This document shows positions 60,801-64,000 of a DNA stretch of 64,000 nt, piece after piece. The position numbers were made by a program, and so were the translations under genes. The DNA is from Balanoglossus misakiensis. Taxonomy: Eukaryota; Animalia; Hemichordata. A model generated the notes under the pieces. That model made no database searches and was not told where the DNA came from. It saw only the letters and a program-made list of their open reading frames with translations. The stretch spans positions 2,542,001 to 2,606,000 of the forward strand of contig CM082577.2 of the NCBI GenBank assembly GCA_040954595.2, given 5' to 3'. Within the stretch, counting starts at the first letter, position 1, and each line of letters begins with the position of its first letter.

Positions 60801-61795
60801 GTTCGCTTTCTTTGTTCACTTCACACATGATATACCCCGGTAATAGAAAAGTTGCAATGTTTGCATTTACTGGGAAATTAATGCTTTACTTAATTCTTTA
60901 CAGTTACAACTTACATGTACCTTGTTCATTTGGCTGCAGATCAATCAATCAATCAATCAGAGAAATTTGTATAGCGCCAGTATCTATAACAAGTGTCATA
61001 CTCAAAGGCGCTTGTGCTCATTCGCCCACACCATATTGCTCTCAGATGGTGGATTAACTGATCTGAAGATTTTAGAACCTGTACATGGAGCCTTGGAGAT
61101 ATGTACCTCTGTATAGCAGCAATTCAGTAGCTCGTTTTGCCTCGTTTGTGTAATGTGTTGCTGTCCAGCACACAAACAAGGCAAATCGAGCTGTTGAACT
61201 GCGCAGCTATTCTGTGTGATCATTTTCTATCAGCTCATAATTATTATCAAGGCAGTCTGCGTGTACTTATTTATGACAATGTCAGTGTGATTGTGAATAA
61301 ATAAAGTGAAATCTACTCACTGCTCGAGACTTGAGTGTTTTGTACACCATGGGCAAGAGCTACTGCGACAGGTGTTCGTACAGTTCCACAAATGTTCTTC
61401 CAGAAGTATTTGCTAGTTTCTTCCACGTTACAACATACACGCAGGAACGGTAACAACTTCCCGCCCCTTCGTATAACAGGAACAATTCTTGCACGATTCT
61501 CTTTTTTGTTTTCTTCCAAGTACTTTTCGAGAGCATTGAGACCTTCAAAGTATACCTGCTCGTTGTTGGTTGTGTGTTCGCTCAAGATTATGAAAGTCCT
61601 CTCACATACGTCTAGAGCTTTTTCAACATTGTCGAATCCGTATCCCCCTGAAAGGGATTTGGGGCCGTTTTTGTAGTATCCTCGTTTGTTTGTCTCATTT
61701 TGTACTTTCGTGACAAAGTCTTCCACCCATGTCTGGTCTTCCTCTGCATAGAGAACGTGGAAATCAAACTCGTACTCTAGCTCTGAAGTCGCCAT
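54860..61795 (-). CDS. Spliced gene: N-terminal TIR domain + FN3 domain + 3-4 TM module (~436 aa; ~494 aa with two extra mini-exons)
   Basis: Phase-compatible GT-AG exons: 61795-61321 (TIR; FDFHVLYAEEDQTWV, FIILS, IVPV), [60063-59977, 58680-58594], 57914-57618 (FN3; PSSLRVTS..ITVEFSPP..FDSYEI..FTFNGLMGDTKYIISLCTV), 56887-56838, 55570-55172 (TM helices), 54949-54860 (stop). Confidence 0.72.
56127..56623. mobile_element. Foldback/MITE-like element with telomere-like repeats in its arms
   Basis: Arms pair: ACTAGCACAAGCTCA / TGGGCTTGTACTAGT; CCTCCAGC..GGGGCCGCTCT / AGAGCGGCCCC..GCTGGAGG; GGTGGCGATGGTTAGC / GCTAACCTTCGCCACC; TAACCC repeats at ~56375-56410. Confidence 0.65.
57915..61403. repeat. 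Recent tandem triplication (~1.35-kb unit) inside the TIR gene
   Basis: Near-identical units 57915-58680 (internally deleted), 58681-60063 and 60064-61403; identical ORFs recur in the ORF track. Confidence 0.95.
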
Positions 61796-62690
61796 TTTCT
61801 TTATATCCTCATGTGACCTCGGTAGCGCCACCAGTGGTAGCAATGGGAACAAGCATAAGACTCTTATCGTACACATAATGTACATACATGTATACACATG
61901 TAGTTACTTTATTTATACCACACATCTGTGGTCAACCACTCTAACGAGCCATCAAATACACATTTATATCATTGATTTTATTACAATTTTGAATTTTAAA
62001 AAAGCCTTTCAGACAAAATGAGAAATGGACAGAAGTCATCCACATTGAATGTTGATTCAACACAACAGTCTTTCTGATCCCATTGGATTATACCAATGTC
62101 TCAAAACTTTCTGGGAACTCTAGCAAAAGTGTATCAGTTATACTGGTAATATTAGACAGGTTCGGCTACACGTTTTACGTGAACGCGTAGAACCCACCTT
62201 CGCGTTTAATTAGACGTTCACGTGGAAAAGAGTTTGGCTTCACGTCAACGTCTGTTTGTGTGGCACGCGCACTTTGTATTCGAATTTTGAACGTGTACAT
62301 CGTTACACCGTGTCGCTGCACTGCAACTATGGTTTCAACCGTCTAGCGACCATACAAATCGATGGCCAAATTTCACATAAAATGACTAAAAAGAAATAAA
62401 TGCGTTTTCGTTTGTCACAATGAGATATCAAGCTAACAAGGCATACAAATATATATTTCATAGATATGATTTTTTGTTGCCCAAAATGAGAATAACTTTT
62501 CACGTTTGCAACTAACGTGAAAGCACCTATCTCTACGTAAAAAATGCGAAGTCTTTTACGTGAACGTCAAACTTTACACAAAACTTGATGACGTCATAAC
62601 AGAAATTCGTTGCCGATTGTGGCAGTAATTATAAAAAATACATTTGCACTTAAATATTGTACTATTGTTAAAATTCTGGATACATAATAA

Positions 62691-63700
62691 AATATTGATC
62701 TTGCCACTCTGAATGTTGAGCTAACTAAAGTACAGACCTGGTGTAAGTCAAATAAACTTACTATTAATATTGACAAAACAAACTATGTTATTTTCAAAAC
62801 AGCCCAGGCGAAGTTTAAGCCTGAGGGAGATTTATATGTCTCTGATTTACCATTACATAATGTTTCTTCTGCTGTTTATCTTGGAGTTACTCTTGACTCA
62901 TCATTATCCTGGAAGTCTCACATCAACATTATTTTTAAGAAGGTTAGCCAAAAAATCGGTATTATTTCATATGTACGCCATTATCTCCCTAAGTCTATAA
63001 TTTTATTATTATACAATTGTCTTATCCTTCCCCATATAATGTATTGTATCGAAATATGGGGAAATGCGTATAAAACCTATTTAGATTGTATTTTCAAATT
63101 GCAAAAGAGACTTGTAAGACTTATAACATTTTCTAGCCCCAATACACATAGCGCACCACTTTTTCAGCAACTTGGAATTCTTAATGTTTACAAACTCTGT
63201 AAATTTCAAACTTGTGTTTTTGCGTATGATCTAAAGGCAGGGCATTACGCCCACTCACTAGATCGCTATGCTTCATTTGTATCACACAAATATTTTACAA
63301 GATTTGCCTCTACTGATAAGTTTACGCTTCCCAAAGTAAAACTTACTTCATCTCAAAATAATTTATACTATTCTATTGCCAAGCATTGGAATGAAATTCC
63401 TACACAAATAAAATCAATTCAATCAAGGAATTTATTTAAAAGCTCTCTGAAAATGTATCTGTTGAGCATAGATTAATTTAACCTCTTTTATAAACCTGTT
63501 TACTTTGTCACCGCGTTGTTTGACTACCAACTATTGTTTTGTGATATGAATTGGCAATTATATTAATTGTTTCAATGATTTGTATGTATTTAGGGCCAGG
63601 GACACGACTAGTTCCACTAGAACTACTTCCCTGGTCCGCACCAGTTATGTAAAATGCATCTTTCTGGTGAAATAAACTATCTATCTATCTATCTATCTAT
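62691..63700 (+). mobile_element. 5'-truncated LINE (CR1/L2-group) RT C-terminus with 3' UTR and (CTAT)n tail
   Basis: Open frame 62691-63476: WCKSNKLTINIDKT..YLGVTLDSSLSWKSHI..LYNCLILPHIMYCIEIWG..LQKRLVRLI..WNEIP; AATAAA at ~63671 followed by CTAT repeats. Confidence 0.9.
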
Positions 63701-64000
63701 ATATTGGCTTTTACTTTTTATGTACTCAAGTTGAAGTAATGCAGCCTTCTTTGTAAAGCAATATCGCTTGCGGCAAAGCTTTATTATTTATCTGGTTAAA
63801 ACTTGCATATGCACTCATATTTAGGGTTTATAATGCTTGTGTATAGTTCACTGCCTTTATCTGCATGGACTATTGGTAGTACAGTTTGAAACAAAAATTA
63901 TGAAAATTATCCCAAAAGTTGCAGCTTACGTGCCTTTAAGGTACCATGGTCATAGCTGACTGAGGCTGTGTGTGTGTTTTATCTGAGTAGCAAGAGAGCT

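Noticed and set aside
58018-61223. Repeated short ORFs (MITQNSCAVQ..., MFTSHMIYPG..., MPYNPSISQ...)
   Set aside because: They recur only because the intron is triplicated; no coding signature.
62150-62690. Possible DNA transposon upstream of the LINE
   Set aside because: No matching terminal repeat or target duplication found in the window.

Overview
Intron-rich animal genomic DNA; an invertebrate deuterostome-like source is inferred, not shown. In order: (1) the 3' part of a polycystin-1 (PKD1) gene on + (58-18557), opening with a ~5.1-kb exon; (2) a lone histone H2A core ORF on - that lacks both tails but keeps the histone stem-loop; (3) a complete ABCC1/MRP1-type transporter gene on + (22005-41667) with FOUR paralogous 311-nt copies of one internal exon (TM13-15 region). 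Their lengths force mutually exclusive use, and the flanking introns hold candidate upstream and downstream docking-site/selector RNA pairings found by eye; (4) a ~10-kb array of an 88-bp satellite with higher-order repeats, interrupted by a Helentron/DINE-1-like element; (5) a spliced minus-strand gene with an unusual TIR - FN3 - multi-TM architecture, where a recent tandem triplication created two new in-frame 87-nt exons; (6) a 5'-truncated LINE and several MITEs. Exon boundaries and base pairings were read manually and need computational or RNA-seq confirmation.
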